A stretch of 64,000 bases of DNA, taken from the NCBI GenBank assembly GCA_029351405.1, contig GCA_029351405.1_4841.1, one strand, 5' to 3'. The notes beneath the pieces were generated by a model. It searched no databases. It had not been told where the DNA came from and saw nothing but the letters and a program-made list of their open reading frames with translations. Position 1 is the stretch's first letter, and each line of letters opens with the position of its first letter. Made by a program: the position numbers and the translations under genes. The stretch is from Escherichia coli. Lineage in GTDB: Bacteria; Pseudomonadota; Gammaproteobacteria; Enterobacterales; Enterobacteriaceae. Below are positions 1-9,518 of this stretch, piece by piece.

Positions 1-96
1 ACCAAAACGGGCGCGTCGCCGTCCGCATCTATGGCGTACACACCGACGATCCCGTCCTCCTGCCTACGGACAAACTCCCATGGGCGAAGGTACTGA
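1..96 (+). CDS. 3' end of an upstream gene (5'-partial at window edge)
   Basis: Frame open from window start; stop TGA at 94-96 overlaps the ATG at 96 (TGATG coupling). Confidence 0.3.
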   Translation, partial: TKTGASPSASMAYTPTIPSSCLRTNSHGRRY

Positions 97-1556
97 TGCC
101 TGCTTCAAACGCCTCCTCTGCTGGTTTAGGTTGGTCTCCAACGGGTATCATTCCTGGTACTGAGGTTATGGGGTTCGCCCTTGACGAAGCATACCAGAAT
201 TTACGCATCACCTGGACTTGGACTGGTTCAAGTCCTACTGATGGTGCCGACACAAACCCACTGGCTCTCGGGCAGGTCGTTCAATCTGTGGAACGTCAGG
301 CGTACAACGCCGTCACTGACGTTCCTGTGAAACAAGAAGACGAACCACAACCAGATCCACAACCACCTGTTGGCGGGTATGATCCAGAGAAGTGGATGAC
401 AATCGCGCGTGGTGAATTGGGTATCAAGGAGTACGCCGGAAAGTTCAACAACAACCCGCGCATTATAGAATATCACAAGACAACCTCCCTTGGTGCTTCT
501 GAAGATGAAGTGTCGTGGTGTGCGGCGTTCGTGGGTTGGGTTATGATACAGGCTGGATACACGTCTACGCGCTCCGCTCTTGCCCGATCTTACCTTACAT
601 GGGGTACTGCACTGTCAGCACCACAATATGGCGCTATCGTAGTCTTCCGGCGTGGTAACAACCCCACATTTGGACACGTAGCGTTTGTGCAGAAGTTCGA
701 TGCAAACTATGTCTGGTGTATTGGTGGCAACCAATCCGATTCAGTGAAGGTTAGTCGTTTCAGACGTTCTTCGGTCTTGGGATATCGTTGGCCTGGTCCT
801 GCTAACACAGCCACAGCCGCGCCTGCGCAGCAGAATGGTAAATGGTCAGAACCTATCCCAGATCGTACTCCAAAGGAACAACCGACTCCGGCTCCTACTG
901 GGCGAGTACAGGATATTGACAACACTGGAGAAACCATGGTTCCGGCTGCGGGTGGATCTAAATACCCGTACAATAACGTCATGGTGTCCCGAGCTGGGCA
1001 TATTATGGAAGTGGATGACACCCCTGGCGGTGAACGTCTTCACTGGATGCATAAGTCTGGGTCTTACAAGCAAATGTTGCCGGATGGTGATGTGGTCAAC
1101 AAGTCCGTCAAAGACCACTATGACCTGACGATGTTCAACAAGCGTTATTATGTCGGCGGGGACCACAACCTGACGGTCAAAGGAACTGAAGTTCAGCGCA
1201 AGACAGGTGAGGTCTATCATTTGCATTCCAACAATTACTCCAACGTGGTTGCGGGCACAGCGCTGATGAAATTCAGTGACCTAGCTGAGTTTCAAGCACA
1301 GAATATTCTGCGCATTATCTGCGAGACTCTGGAGGTCGGCGGGACATTGAAGGTTCCTAAGATTCTAACGACTGAGATCATCGCTGACAAACTGACTGTC
1401 GCTCAGACGATCAATGGTAACATCATATATGCCGAAGGTGCTGGTCGCGCTTCTTCTCTGTCGGGTGCAACCCCTGCATCCCCTACGGGTCCGGGTGAGA
1501 TTGACATCAAGGCAGAATTAAAAGACAATGGTGGTAATTTCGGCACCAAAGAGTAA
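96..1556 (+). CDS. virion (baseplate/tail)-associated peptidoglycan hydrolase, NlpC/P60 or TIGR02594-like domain
   Basis: 486 aa; RBS GAAGG; WCAAFVGW...GHVAFV Cys/His signature; Pro-rich linker; directly upstream of the gp25 homolog. Confidence 0.6.
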   Translation: MPASNASSAGLGWSPTGIIPGTEVMGFALDEAYQNLRITWTWTGSSPTDGADTNPLALGQVVQSVERQAYNAVTDVPVKQEDEPQPDPQPPVGGYDPEKWMTIARGELGIKEYAGKFNNNPRIIEYHKTTSLGASEDEVSWCAAFVGWVMIQAGYTSTRSALARSYLTWGTALSAPQYGAIVVFRRGNNPTFGHVAFVQKFDANYVWCIGGNQSDSVKVSRFRRSSVLGYRWPGPANTATAAPAQQNGKWSEPIPDRTPKEQPTPAPTGRVQDIDNTGETMVPAAGGSKYPYNNVMVSRAGHIMEVDDTPGGERLHWMHKSGSYKQMLPDGDVVNKSVKDHYDLTMFNKRYYVGGDHNLTVKGTEVQRKTGEVYHLHSNNYSNVVAGTALMKFSDLAEFQAQNILRIICETLEVGGTLKVPKILTTEIIADKLTVAQTINGNIIYAEGAGRASSLSGATPASPTGPGEIDIKAELKDNGGNFGTKE

Positions 1557-1628
1557 GTTGGTATAAGTTTAGTGGCAGAGGGCAGCACGTCTCTCTGCTC
1601 CTTATAGGCATCCTGAGAGGATCGCGAA

Positions 1629-2009
1629 ATGAAAGAGTACAAAGATGTCGATCTGAAGTTCGGCATGCATCCGGTGACCAAAGATGTCACCATGAAATCA
1701 GGTGTATATGCTGTCTTACAATCCGTGCGGAATATCGTCATGTCTTCAGTCGGGGACTGGCCCACTTATCCTGGGATCGGCGCAGGGTTGTATAATCTCC
1801 TCGGAGAGAACACCACCCCAACGATTCAGGTAGATGTGAAGAACAAAGTAGAGGACGCTATCGCCCTGTATGAACCCAGAGCAGAGGTAGAAGAAGTCAC
1901 GGTGAGTCTGTCAGAGGATTACCATTCTCTGGGCGTGACCATCACATTCTATGTGGTCAACAATCCAGATCCAATAACAGACACCGTGTGGTTGAAAAGG
2001 ACGAATTAG
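1629..2009 (+). CDS. gp25: baseplate wedge subunit, T4 gp25-like
   Basis: 126 aa; YEPR and NNPDPI regions align with T4 gp25; SD GAGAGGA upstream. Confidence 0.85.
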   Translation: MKEYKDVDLKFGMHPVTKDVTMKSGVYAVLQSVRNIVMSSVGDWPTYPGIGAGLYNLLGENTTPTIQVDVKNKVEDAIALYEPRAEVEEVTVSLSEDYHSLGVTITFYVVNNPDPITDTVWLKRTN

Positions 2010-2356
2010 AGTTTCGTCCTGAATGCCGGAGCCACGACTAACATGAAGTGGCTCAATAACCTGAACATTTCTTTGCCGTTGAAGTGGTAGAGGATAATCA
2101 TCGGCCTGACGTCAACCACTGATCCCTCCAGCTTCTTGTTCAACATAAATCTGGAACCGACACTGACCTTCCCGCGCTCTTCGTCTCCTGGTTTGTCGTA
2201 GACCACGCAACTGGTGGCATAACCGATCTGAGATCCATCCTCAGACCGCAAGGGCAGCATATGCCCTTCAGACATCAGATGATGCAGGTTTTGGTATAAA
2301 CCTTTGTCTGGTATGGGGACTGCCAGCTGCATTCTCAACTCTTTGTAATCTTGCAT
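2006..2356 (-). CDS. hypothetical protein
   Basis: 116-aa ORF, ATG start, GGAG upstream; convergent with gp25. Confidence 0.5.
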   Translation of the reverse strand: MQDYKELRMQLAVPIPDKGLYQNLHHLMSEGHMLPLRSEDGSQIGYATSCVVYDKPGDEERGKVSVGSRFMLNKKLEGSVVDVRPMIILYHFNGKEMFRLLSHFMLVVAPAFRTKL

Positions 2357-2361
2357 GAGGA

Positions 2362-2823
2362 CTACTCCGCCAGGGTGATCACAACCATATTTAAGACTGT
2401 GTCGATAGCTCGGCCTGTTTCCTCTTCATGGAGGGTTTCGGCGCGGAGGTGCACGTCGGTGATGAAATTGTCGATGTGCATTGACGTCAGGTACGGGCGG
2501 TGCTGGCTGACCGGACGGTTGATCAGTACATAGTTACGCAGTGTGTTGAAGTCCTGCTGAGAGCACCCGGTGGTGTCAATGCGCAGGAAGCGTTCATTGT
2601 GGCTTGTCTTCAACTCAGTTACTTTGCCGAGGTAGACCAGAGGTCCATTGCGACCGATACGGAACATAACATCAACAACAGACTTGAAGATTTCGCGTTC
2701 AATCAGTGCGGTGGGTGACCAGCAGATCTCTTCTTTGTCGTCGGCGTACAGGGTGTCGATCACCAGAGGGAGTTGAATGTAACCGAAGTTGTGCAGTGGG
2801 TTGGTGAGTACCTTGTTTGTCAT
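2362..2823 (-). CDS. hypothetical early protein
   Basis: ATG at 2823 preceded by conserved leader TTGAAAGCAGGAACTATATC; the ORF-track N-terminal extension is the in-frame leader. Confidence 0.6.
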   Translation of the reverse strand: MTNKVLTNPLHNFGYIQLPLVIDTLYADDKEEICWSPTALIEREIFKSVVDVMFRIGRNGPLVYLGKVTELKTSHNERFLRIDTTGCSQQDFNTLRNYVLINRPVSQHRPYLTSMHIDNFITDVHLRAETLHEEETGRAIDTVLNMVVITLAE

Positions 2824-2873
2824 GATATAGTTCCTGCTTTCAATTTGTGGCGAATGCCAATGAATTACTGGGA

Positions 2874-2902
2874 AGTATAGGGGAGGGCGTTTCAAAAGTA
2901 AA
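2874..2902 (-). promoter_or_regulatory. early sigma70-like promoter (TTTACT-17-TATACT), PeSL-type cassette
   Basis: -35 and -10 hexamers with 17-nt spacer read on the minus strand; the same architecture recurs at 16126, 50399, 59009, 9190 and 31546. Confidence 0.5.
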
Positions 2903-2920
2903 GCCCCTCAATGAGGGGCT
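2902..2920 (-). terminator. stem-loop (gcccctc / gaggggc) abutting the early promoter
   Basis: 7-bp GC stem followed on the minus strand by a U-rich tract that overlaps the -35; lies after the glutaredoxin gene stop. Confidence 0.45.
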
Positions 2921-2928
2921 TTGACAGA

Positions 2929-3153
2929 TCAGCGTTTGAGGCTGGCGGCGAGTCCATTAACGTCGGTCACGGTCTGGTCAGCGAGGACGATTACAGGCAT
3001 CGACACGCGCGGCTTACCCGTCAACTGCTGAAGTTCTTCCAGCCGGTAATCTTTGTCCAGCTTGAGGATCTTGTGTTCCAGCCCTTTCATTTTGCACAGA
3101 TTTTCGGCTGTTACACACTGAGCGCAACCTTGTTTGGAATAGATCGTAATCAT
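2929..3153 (-). CDS. nrdH: glutaredoxin-like protein (NrdH/NrdC type)
   Basis: 74 aa; CAQC redox motif near N-terminus; immediately downstream of nrdB; SD AAAGGTGAG. Confidence 0.8.
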   Translation of the reverse strand: MITIYSKQGCAQCVTAENLCKMKGLEHKILKLDKDYRLEELQQLTGKPRVSMPVIVLADQTVTDVNGLAASLKR

Positions 3154-3162
3154 TTCTCACCT

Positions 3163-4266
3163 TTAAGCGAATTTGAGGCCATCGGATACCGAACCAGTCA
3201 GTACACCCATCAGATAATCAGGAGCTTCCGCTTCCTGCAACGCGTACTGCATTGCCTTATTATCTAGCCAGTCATTAATCCATGGAACTGGGTTCTCCTT
3301 GCGAGGTTCACCGGGATATGGGTGCCCGATAGCGCCCATCCGGTGGGTTGCCAGCCAGTCTACCATCTGATGAAGGATCTTGGCGTTCAGCCCCAGGATG
3401 GAACCGTCTTTGAACAGGTAGTTCGCCCACTCCTTCTCTTGATGAACCACGTCCAGGAACATCTGGGTCATCTCACCACGCAGTTCCTCACGGATGATTG
3501 CAAAGTCGGGGTCCATACCAGGCAGGCGGTTTAGTAGCGTCTGGGTCAGTATCAGGTGATCCTGCTCATCACGGGCGATCTGTCGAATGATTTTGGCATT
3601 GCCTTCCATCTTCTTCTGGAACTGTGTGAATGCCCAAGAGCACGCAAAGGACACGTAGAAGCGGATGCCTTCCAGTGTGTTGGCAGCAAACAGAGCACGC
3701 CAGAATGCGCGTTTGGCATTCATCAGATCTTCTCGGGTGAAGATGCGTCCGGCCATACGCATGCCACTGTACTGTACCATGTCATCGTAGTACACACTGA
3801 TCTGGTGAGCACAGTCCACGATCTCTGCAACATCCAGTACATGGTCAAACACGATACCTGGATCGTTCACAGTGTTGCGCAAAATGTGGGTGTACGATAA
3901 AGAGTGAATGGCTTCCTGGCGCGTCCATTCAAGGACAGCAAACTGCATTTCAGGGGTAGACGCCCATGGACCAAACGCCTCGAAAGGAGCCGCACCCTGG
4001 ATAGAGTCCAGCATGGTCTGGCGCTTCAGGTTGCTGAAGTAGACATGTTTCTCTGCTTCGTTCAGAGTAGCGAAGTCTGCCTTGTCCTTGGTGATGTCCA
4101 CCTCTTCAGGACGCCAGAATTGACTGAGACCTTTCTCATACCACTTCTGTACGAATGGCCAGGCCACGACATCGTAACGCTGGATGCTCACTGGGTCGCC
4201 GAAGAACGGTAGACCAGTGTTGTCCGAGCTTGGGTCGAATACGGAGAATTGTTTCTGTTCGCTCAT
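3163..4266 (-). CDS. nrdB: ribonucleotide reductase class Ia beta subunit
   Basis: 367 aa with R2-type di-iron sequence features; uninterrupted reading frame (no intron). Confidence 0.95.
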   Translation of the reverse strand: MSEQKQFSVFDPSSDNTGLPFFGDPVSIQRYDVVAWPFVQKWYEKGLSQFWRPEEVDITKDKADFATLNEAEKHVYFSNLKRQTMLDSIQGAAPFEAFGPWASTPEMQFAVLEWTRQEAIHSLSYTHILRNTVNDPGIVFDHVLDVAEIVDCAHQISVYYDDMVQYSGMRMAGRIFTREDLMNAKRAFWRALFAANTLEGIRFYVSFACSWAFTQFQKKMEGNAKIIRQIARDEQDHLILTQTLLNRLPGMDPDFAIIREELRGEMTQMFLDVVHQEKEWANYLFKDGSILGLNAKILHQMVDWLATHRMGAIGHPYPGEPRKENPVPWINDWLDNKAMQYALQEAEAPDYLMGVLTGSVSDGLKFA

Positions 4267-4283
4267 GTTTCTTTCCTGATTAA

Positions 4284-4306
4284 TAAGGGGTGATCGCTCA
4301 CCCCTG
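4284..4306 (-). promoter_or_regulatory. intercistronic stem-loop between nrdA and nrdB
   Basis: ggggtga-tcgc-tcacccc hairpin 20 nt upstream of the nrdB RBS; weak U-tract; possible attenuator or processing site. Confidence 0.3.
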
Positions 4307-4336
4307 ATGATATAACGGTAGTAGGTTTAGACCAAT

Positions 4337-6619
4337 TTATACAACACAGCTATCGCACTGAGTTTCCTCAGCCTGTTTCAACTCTTCGTCTTCCTTGGCG
4401 TCCTTGTTTGTGTTGTAATACAGAGTCTTGCCACCCCACATATAGAATGACAGGATATCCTGCATCATCTTGGCACGAGGGATCTTGCTGTCAGGGTACT
4501 TCTCTGGGTCATACCACGTGTTGGTACTGATGGACTGGTCAACCCAGCGCTGGATGACAGCAGCGGTCTTCAGGTACTCAATACAGTCCAGATCCCACTT
4601 GAGGTCATACATCGGTCCAAGGGTCTCAACGTCCGGGACGACCTGCTTATAAGTGCCGTCCTTGCTACCCTTGATGCTCACCAAGCCCTTCGGTGGCTCA
4701 ATGCCGTTCGTTGCGTTGAGGACCTGTGAGGAGCTTTCGGTAGGGGCTACTGCCAGCAGGGTAGCGTTGCGGATACCATAGGTCTTCAGATTATCCTTCA
4801 ACTCATCCCAATCCAGCCCATATGCCATGCCTTCCGGCTTCTTGCCATTTGGTAGGATATCAAGTGGAAGAGGCTGAAGGTCGGCGGTGACCTGCCCATT
4901 ATTGTGGATGGTTCCGCGTTTACACGCCCCGAACTTCATAGCCAGACGGTTGGATGCCTTGACCAGATAGAAGTGCAGGTGTGCCATCCACGTATCCAGC
5001 ATTTCAAGACCAGCTGGTGAGCCATAGCCCGTGAAGTTCTTGGCCAAGAAGTGAGCCACGTTCACGATACCAACACCCAGAGGACGATAGTCTTCAACAG
5101 CTTTACGAGCCTGAATCGCTGGATAGTCCTGATATTCCAACAGCATGTCCAGCGCAGACACCAACACGAACGCAACGTCTTCCATTTCCGTAGGATCTTC
5201 GAACGCCGTCAGGTTAAAGGAAGCTAGGGTGCACAGAGCCACGCGCCCGTTTTCATCGTTGTACTGCTCAAACTCACGGGTCGGCAGGGCGATTTCTAAA
5301 CAAAGATTTGAAGAATAAATCGTGTCTAGGTTGAATGGACTGTATTCATTCATGTGATCGACAAATGCGATGTAGATGCGGCCTGTGTCTGAACGCTGGT
5401 CTAACAGCATCTGGAACACCTCTTCTGCCTGCAACTTTTTAGCACGAACCAAACCAGCATCAGCGGCCTTGATCATGTTCTCATACAGAGTACGGAACTT
5501 GTCAACGTCAGCGAAGTATGCTTCATACATTTCGCGGTTGTCTTTCGGGTCGAACAGATACAGAGGCTGCTTGGCAACAAGGCGCTCAAACATCACGCGG
5601 TTGATCTGAATGCCATAGTCGATACGGCGTTCGCGGTTTTCTTCAGTACCACGGTTGTTCTTCAGAACAACGACGTCATCGAACTGGTAATGCCACAGAG
5701 GGATGTATGCTGTTGCTGCACCACCACGAATGCCGCCCTGAGAGCACGATTTGAGTGCCCCAGTGAGATACTTGATGAACGGGATCAGGCCTGTGTGAAC
5801 CATCTCTCCGCCGCGAATAGGACTACCAATCCCACGGATTGCCCCGACGTCGAAGCCGATACCCGCACGTTTGGAGACATAGTCAACGATGGTCTTGGCT
5901 GTTGCGTTGATAGAGTTCAGGGTGTCATCAGTCTTGATTAACACACAGGAACTGAACTGACGAGTAGGAGTACGAACACCTGCCATAATCGGGGTGGGAA
6001 GACTGAACTTGCCTGTGCTGGCATATTCATAGAACTTTTTCACCATCTCCAGGCGGCTGTCTTTGTCCCAGTTAGAGAACAACGCCATGGCTATGCCCAT
6101 GTACATGACCTGTGGGGTTTCGTAGAAGATCTTGCTGTCTTTCTTGGAACGGTCGCGCAACAGGTACTTCTCAGTCAGCTGACCCATGGCCGCCCACGTG
6201 AAGTTCTTATCGCGTTTGTGATTGATGACATCGTTCAGCTCGTTGAACTCTTCGGTCGTGTAGAGATCAAGGAACTCACGATCATACACGCGCTGTTTGA
6301 TGTTCTTGACGAAGATGTCCAGCAGGTGAGGCGGCTTGTACTGACCGTAGACAGCCTTGCGCAGATCATACGACTTCAGACGAGCAGCCACATACTGGTA
6401 ATTGGGTTTGTCTACAGAGATCAGTGAAGCTGCAGCCTGGATGAGGATATCCTGAATGCGATCTGTTCTCATGTTGTCGGTGAACTGAATCTTCGATGCA
6501 GCGATCACCTCTGACATTGACACACCAGACAGGCCATCACATGCGCGGTCTACGACTGCGTGTAGTTTCTCAATATCAAATGGGACAGAAGATCCGTCAC
6601 GTTTTATAACGTTAATCAT
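4337..6619 (-). CDS. nrdA: ribonucleotide reductase class Ia alpha subunit
   Basis: 760 aa; N-terminal ATP-cone-like region and R1 length; SD GAGGAA. Confidence 0.95.
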   Translation of the reverse strand: MINVIKRDGSSVPFDIEKLHAVVDRACDGLSGVSMSEVIAASKIQFTDNMRTDRIQDILIQAAASLISVDKPNYQYVAARLKSYDLRKAVYGQYKPPHLLDIFVKNIKQRVYDREFLDLYTTEEFNELNDVINHKRDKNFTWAAMGQLTEKYLLRDRSKKDSKIFYETPQVMYMGIAMALFSNWDKDSRLEMVKKFYEYASTGKFSLPTPIMAGVRTPTRQFSSCVLIKTDDTLNSINATAKTIVDYVSKRAGIGFDVGAIRGIGSPIRGGEMVHTGLIPFIKYLTGALKSCSQGGIRGGAATAYIPLWHYQFDDVVVLKNNRGTEENRERRIDYGIQINRVMFERLVAKQPLYLFDPKDNREMYEAYFADVDKFRTLYENMIKAADAGLVRAKKLQAEEVFQMLLDQRSDTGRIYIAFVDHMNEYSPFNLDTIYSSNLCLEIALPTREFEQYNDENGRVALCTLASFNLTAFEDPTEMEDVAFVLVSALDMLLEYQDYPAIQARKAVEDYRPLGVGIVNVAHFLAKNFTGYGSPAGLEMLDTWMAHLHFYLVKASNRLAMKFGACKRGTIHNNGQVTADLQPLPLDILPNGKKPEGMAYGLDWDELKDNLKTYGIRNATLLAVAPTESSSQVLNATNGIEPPKGLVSIKGSKDGTYKQVVPDVETLGPMYDLKWDLDCIEYLKTAAVIQRWVDQSISTNTWYDPEKYPDSKIPRAKMMQDILSFYMWGGKTLYYNTNKDAKEDEELKQAEETQCDSCVV

Positions 6620-6702
6620 GGTGTTCCTCGGGTTTGTTTACGCAGGTTTTATTATACGCCGCCCTCATAGATTGAAGGCGGCAGGGAGGGTTGGCGGGTT
6701 AC

Positions 6703-7545
6703 TTAAATGTCGTACAGATCGTTGACTTCCAGCATCAGGCGGGTGAAGTCGCCGCGCCCGTTGCGGTCAGACTTGTCGAACTCGATGACACTGAAAGGCT
6801 GAACCCATTCAGGGTACTCATCGCCGACGCCAACACCATCGATCTTCAGGGTTCCGGCCTCCAGCTTGGCGTTGAAGTCGCGGAAGGAACTGACGTACTT
6901 TTCAAGGGCGCTGTCGCGCAGGCGCTTGTTAGACTGTTTGATGTCACCGTTGACGAAGATGTAAGTCGAGTCGGATGCGCGGGTCAGTAGGTTCTTCAGC
7001 TGCTCCATATCACATTCCTGCGCTTCTTCAATGATCAGGAAGGTGTCGTCGAAGGTCATCCCCTTGATGGTCTCCAGATCCTGGATCTCAATGATCCGCT
7101 TCTCCCACAGATAGTTGAAGAAACCGTCGCTACCTGTGTCAGTCTTCAGCACCTTCTTCAGCGTCTGAATCAGGGGCATCAGATATGGCATCAGCTTTTC
7201 GTATGTGTCGCCAGGGCGGAAGCCTGCAGTCTGGCCTGTTGGCAGCGGAGAGCGCGTGATGACGATCTTGCTGACCACTTTATCGATCAGGAGCTTGGCG
7301 GCGGCTGAGGCACCACAGTACGATTTACCTGTGCCTGCCGGACCGATTGCGATGGTGAGGTTTTCTTCAAGAGCAGATTGATACGCGAGGTTCTGATTTT
7401 CTGAGAGGCCATTGAACGGAGCGATTCTGAAGTCACCTTTAGAGAACTTCATCCAGTCATCTTCTTTCTGAATTGTCTCTTTCTTACGTGCTGACTTGGT
7501 CTTGCCCGCTGGCTTCTTACTTACAACTTTGGTGGCAGATTGCAT
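6703..7545 (-). CDS. phoH: PhoH-like ATPase
   Basis: 280 aa; Walker A GPAGTGKS; typical PhoH length. Confidence 0.9.
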   Translation of the reverse strand: MQSATKVVSKKPAGKTKSARKKETIQKEDDWMKFSKGDFRIAPFNGLSENQNLAYQSALEENLTIAIGPAGTGKSYCGASAAAKLLIDKVVSKIVITRSPLPTGQTAGFRPGDTYEKLMPYLMPLIQTLKKVLKTDTGSDGFFNYLWEKRIIEIQDLETIKGMTFDDTFLIIEEAQECDMEQLKNLLTRASDSTYIFVNGDIKQSNKRLRDSALEKYVSSFRDFNAKLEAGTLKIDGVGVGDEYPEWVQPFSVIEFDKSDRNGRGDFTRLMLEVNDLYDI

Positions 7546-7623
7546 GGGAACCTTCCTATATCTCAGGGTGTCATCACCTCTAATTAAGGTGACAACCCCA
7601 GCATACCTGAGGATTGGATAAAG

Positions 7624-7645
7624 AAAAGGCCGTTTCCGGCCTTTG
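7624..7645 (-). terminator. rho-independent terminator after the endolysin gene
   Basis: ggccg-tttc-cggcc hairpin followed by UUUUCUUU on the minus strand. Confidence 0.5.
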
Positions 7646-7647
7646 AG

Positions 7648-8442
7648 TTAACTGAAACTCTTGTATGCTGCTGCGAGCTTCGTGTCGTACTGGTTCTTGG
7701 CATACGCCGGACCATTATAGCGCCGCGCAAACTCAGCCCAGTTCTTGTCCTTCAGAGCCTGCCAGAGCTTGGCGTCAGCCTTGATGAACTTCACGAATGC
7801 CATCAAATGAGCACGTTCTCCTGTCAGGAAGTCGTTGAACATCTCCTTGGCGTTGGCATATCCACAGACCTGGCAGTTGAATCCCATGATCTGGAAGAGA
7901 CCGTAAGAGGCGCTCTCGTACGCACAATCCTCGTCGATGTTGATCGCTGCATGAAGTCGATCCAACTCCGCGTCGCCGCCCGTGTACCCGCCTGCGGAAG
8001 GGCTGACCAACGTCGGGTACATATGTCCCATGGCATTCGCCCGAGCCTGTCCGAACTTCGCCATCAGCTTCTTATACATGATGTGGCGCTCAAATAATGT
8101 CTTGATCTTACCTGATTTGGTGAAGCCCGTGCCGCGCGACTCAACCTGATTCACCGCCTTGACAGAGGCAAGGTCAACACCCAGATCGTTAGCAGCATCA
8201 ATCAGGTCTGACTCAGTTAGATGATCCTGATGGGCGTCTCCGGCGTTGCGAATAGCATAGGAGGTCTTTGGACCCACGATACCATCAATGACAAGTCCCG
8301 CACCCGCCTGAACCGTCTTGACGGCGTTCTCTGTTACCTTGCCAAAGATACCATCAGCGACGAGGGTGAAGCCGATTTTGTTGAGGCTATTCTGAAGTGC
8401 CTTCACTTCAGTGCCACGGTTGCCAAGTTTTAGAATGGCCAT
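7648..8442 (-). CDS. endolysin (peptidoglycan-binding domain plus muramidase-like domain)
   Basis: PG_binding-like N-terminus (LKLGNRGTEVKALQ...); C-terminal FARRYNGP region; ATG at 8442 with SD GGAGG (ORF-track start at 8457 is GTG). Confidence 0.8.
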   Translation of the reverse strand: MAILKLGNRGTEVKALQNSLNKIGFTLVADGIFGKVTENAVKTVQAGAGLVIDGIVGPKTSYAIRNAGDAHQDHLTESDLIDAANDLGVDLASVKAVNQVESRGTGFTKSGKIKTLFERHIMYKKLMAKFGQARANAMGHMYPTLVSPSAGGYTGGDAELDRLHAAINIDEDCAYESASYGLFQIMGFNCQVCGYANAKEMFNDFLTGERAHLMAFVKFIKADAKLWQALKDKNWAEFARRYNGPAYAKNQYDTKLAAAYKSFS

Positions 8443-8471
8443 AAGAAATACCTCCACAATGAATGCAGAGG

Positions 8472-8479
8472 TATTTAAA
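8472..8479 (-). promoter_or_regulatory. candidate late promoter box (TTTAAATA)
   Basis: 30 nt upstream of the endolysin ATG; one mismatch to TATAAATA. Confidence 0.3.
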
Positions 8480-8627
8480 GTGAAAGTGAACTACTCGAGA
8501 AACTGAGGGAAAACTTTGTTCGGAATGTGGTCAGCAACCCAGAGAGCGCCTAAAGATGATTGAATGACTGTGATCTCCTCCCAAGACCTGATAGGGGGAG
8601 TTGCCTCCCCTATGTTACACGTCGGGA

Positions 8628-9116
8628 TTAGGCCAGTTTGCTCACCAGAGCTTCAACTGCGTCGGCGCTCAGTTTACCCATTTTGACGTACTGAGCTTTT
8701 GCTTCGCCGCCAACTGCTTTCACGATGTCGGTGTTGTCGTACCCCTTCTTAGGGAAGACCATCACAGAGAAGGAACCGTTGTTCAGCGGGTTCAGCTGGA
8801 TGCGACCTTTACCGACTACGATGGTGCCGTAAGTTTCGGTGTTTGCTTCGACAATGTGGATGTCGTGACCCAGGTTTTTCAGCATACCAACTTTGTCGGC
8901 AGTCTTAGCAACCACAGCTTTGTCAACCACAACCTGCTCTACCAGGGTGAAGCCGTTAGTCGATTTCACTTTACCGTTCAGCAGGTTCATGAAGGAAGTT
9001 TTGCCACCAGTGAAGCCAGCCGCCTGAGCGATGCGGAACATTTCAACTTTAGCAACTTCGGTGTTCAGTTCGAAAGAGATGGTGCCGTTGGTGATCAGAG
9101 TTTTGGTAGTAGCCAT
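8628..9116 (-). CDS. hypothetical early protein
   Basis: 162 aa; SD GAGGAA; strong early promoter upstream. Confidence 0.65.
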   Translation of the reverse strand: MATTKTLITNGTISFELNTEVAKVEMFRIAQAAGFTGGKTSFMNLLNGKVKSTNGFTLVEQVVVDKAVVAKTADKVGMLKNLGHDIHIVEANTETYGTIVVGKGRIQLNPLNNGSFSVMVFPKKGYDNTDIVKAVGGEAKAQYVKMGKLSADAVEALVSKLA

Positions 9117-9189
9117 GATGTAATTCCTCATAATGTAGTTGGTTCATTTCACTTTTCATTCGGCGGTGTGTTGCCGCCCTATGTGAACT

Positions 9190-9218
9190 ATAATAGTGCA
9201 TCATTATTGAAGAGTAAA
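9190..9218 (-). promoter_or_regulatory. early sigma70-like promoter (CTTTACT-17-TATTAT)
   Basis: Hexamers with 17-nt spacer about 75 nt upstream of the 9116 start. Confidence 0.5.
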
Positions 9219-9256
9219 GTCTTTTTCAATAATTTTTTAAAATATTTTTGAAGTAT

Positions 9257-9283
9257 TTTAAAAGGCCTCATTCGACGAGGCCT
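9257..9283 (-). terminator. rho-independent terminator
   Basis: ggcctc / gaggcc hairpin followed by UUUUAAAAU on the minus strand. Confidence 0.45.
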
Positions 9284-9311
9284 GGAGGGAGGTGATGTGA
9301 AGTAAAAAGTT

Positions 9312-9518
9312 TTAGCTCGGGCGAAATCTTACAAACTCGCGAGCCAATTCGGCCTGCTCAGCACTGATAGGAACTCCATGGAAGTCCACCTGACCATTCT
9401 TCCAGCCGTGGATGAAACTCGGGGACTCTTCCCCAGATAGGACATACCCCTCACGAGATTTCAAGTACCCCCGCAGGATCTCTCCGTCGTCCAGTTTGTT
9501 CAGTTCTTCTAACGTCAT
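9312..9518 (-). CDS. hypothetical protein
   Basis: 68-aa ORF; SD GAGGAAAG; overlaps the primase stop. Confidence 0.55.
   Translation of the reverse strand: MTLEELNKLDDGEILRGYLKSREGYVLSGEESPSFIHGWKNGQVDFHGVPISAEQAELAREFVRFRPS

Noticed and set aside
2824-2895. N-terminal extensions in the ORF track (MKxRNYIM..., MCVLQRP..., MIVLTNHS...) and ORF-track starts at 8457, 25591, 61022 and 63261.
   Set aside because: These start at TTG/GTG codons or run through the conserved in-frame leader; an internal ATG with proper SD spacing was preferred in each case, except the helicase where the GTG has a strong SD.
3163-6619. Group I introns or split genes in nrdA/nrdB, as in T4 nrdB.
   Set aside because: Both reading frames are continuous and of full expected length; the only intervening-sequence candidate in the window is the protein-level intein in gp17.
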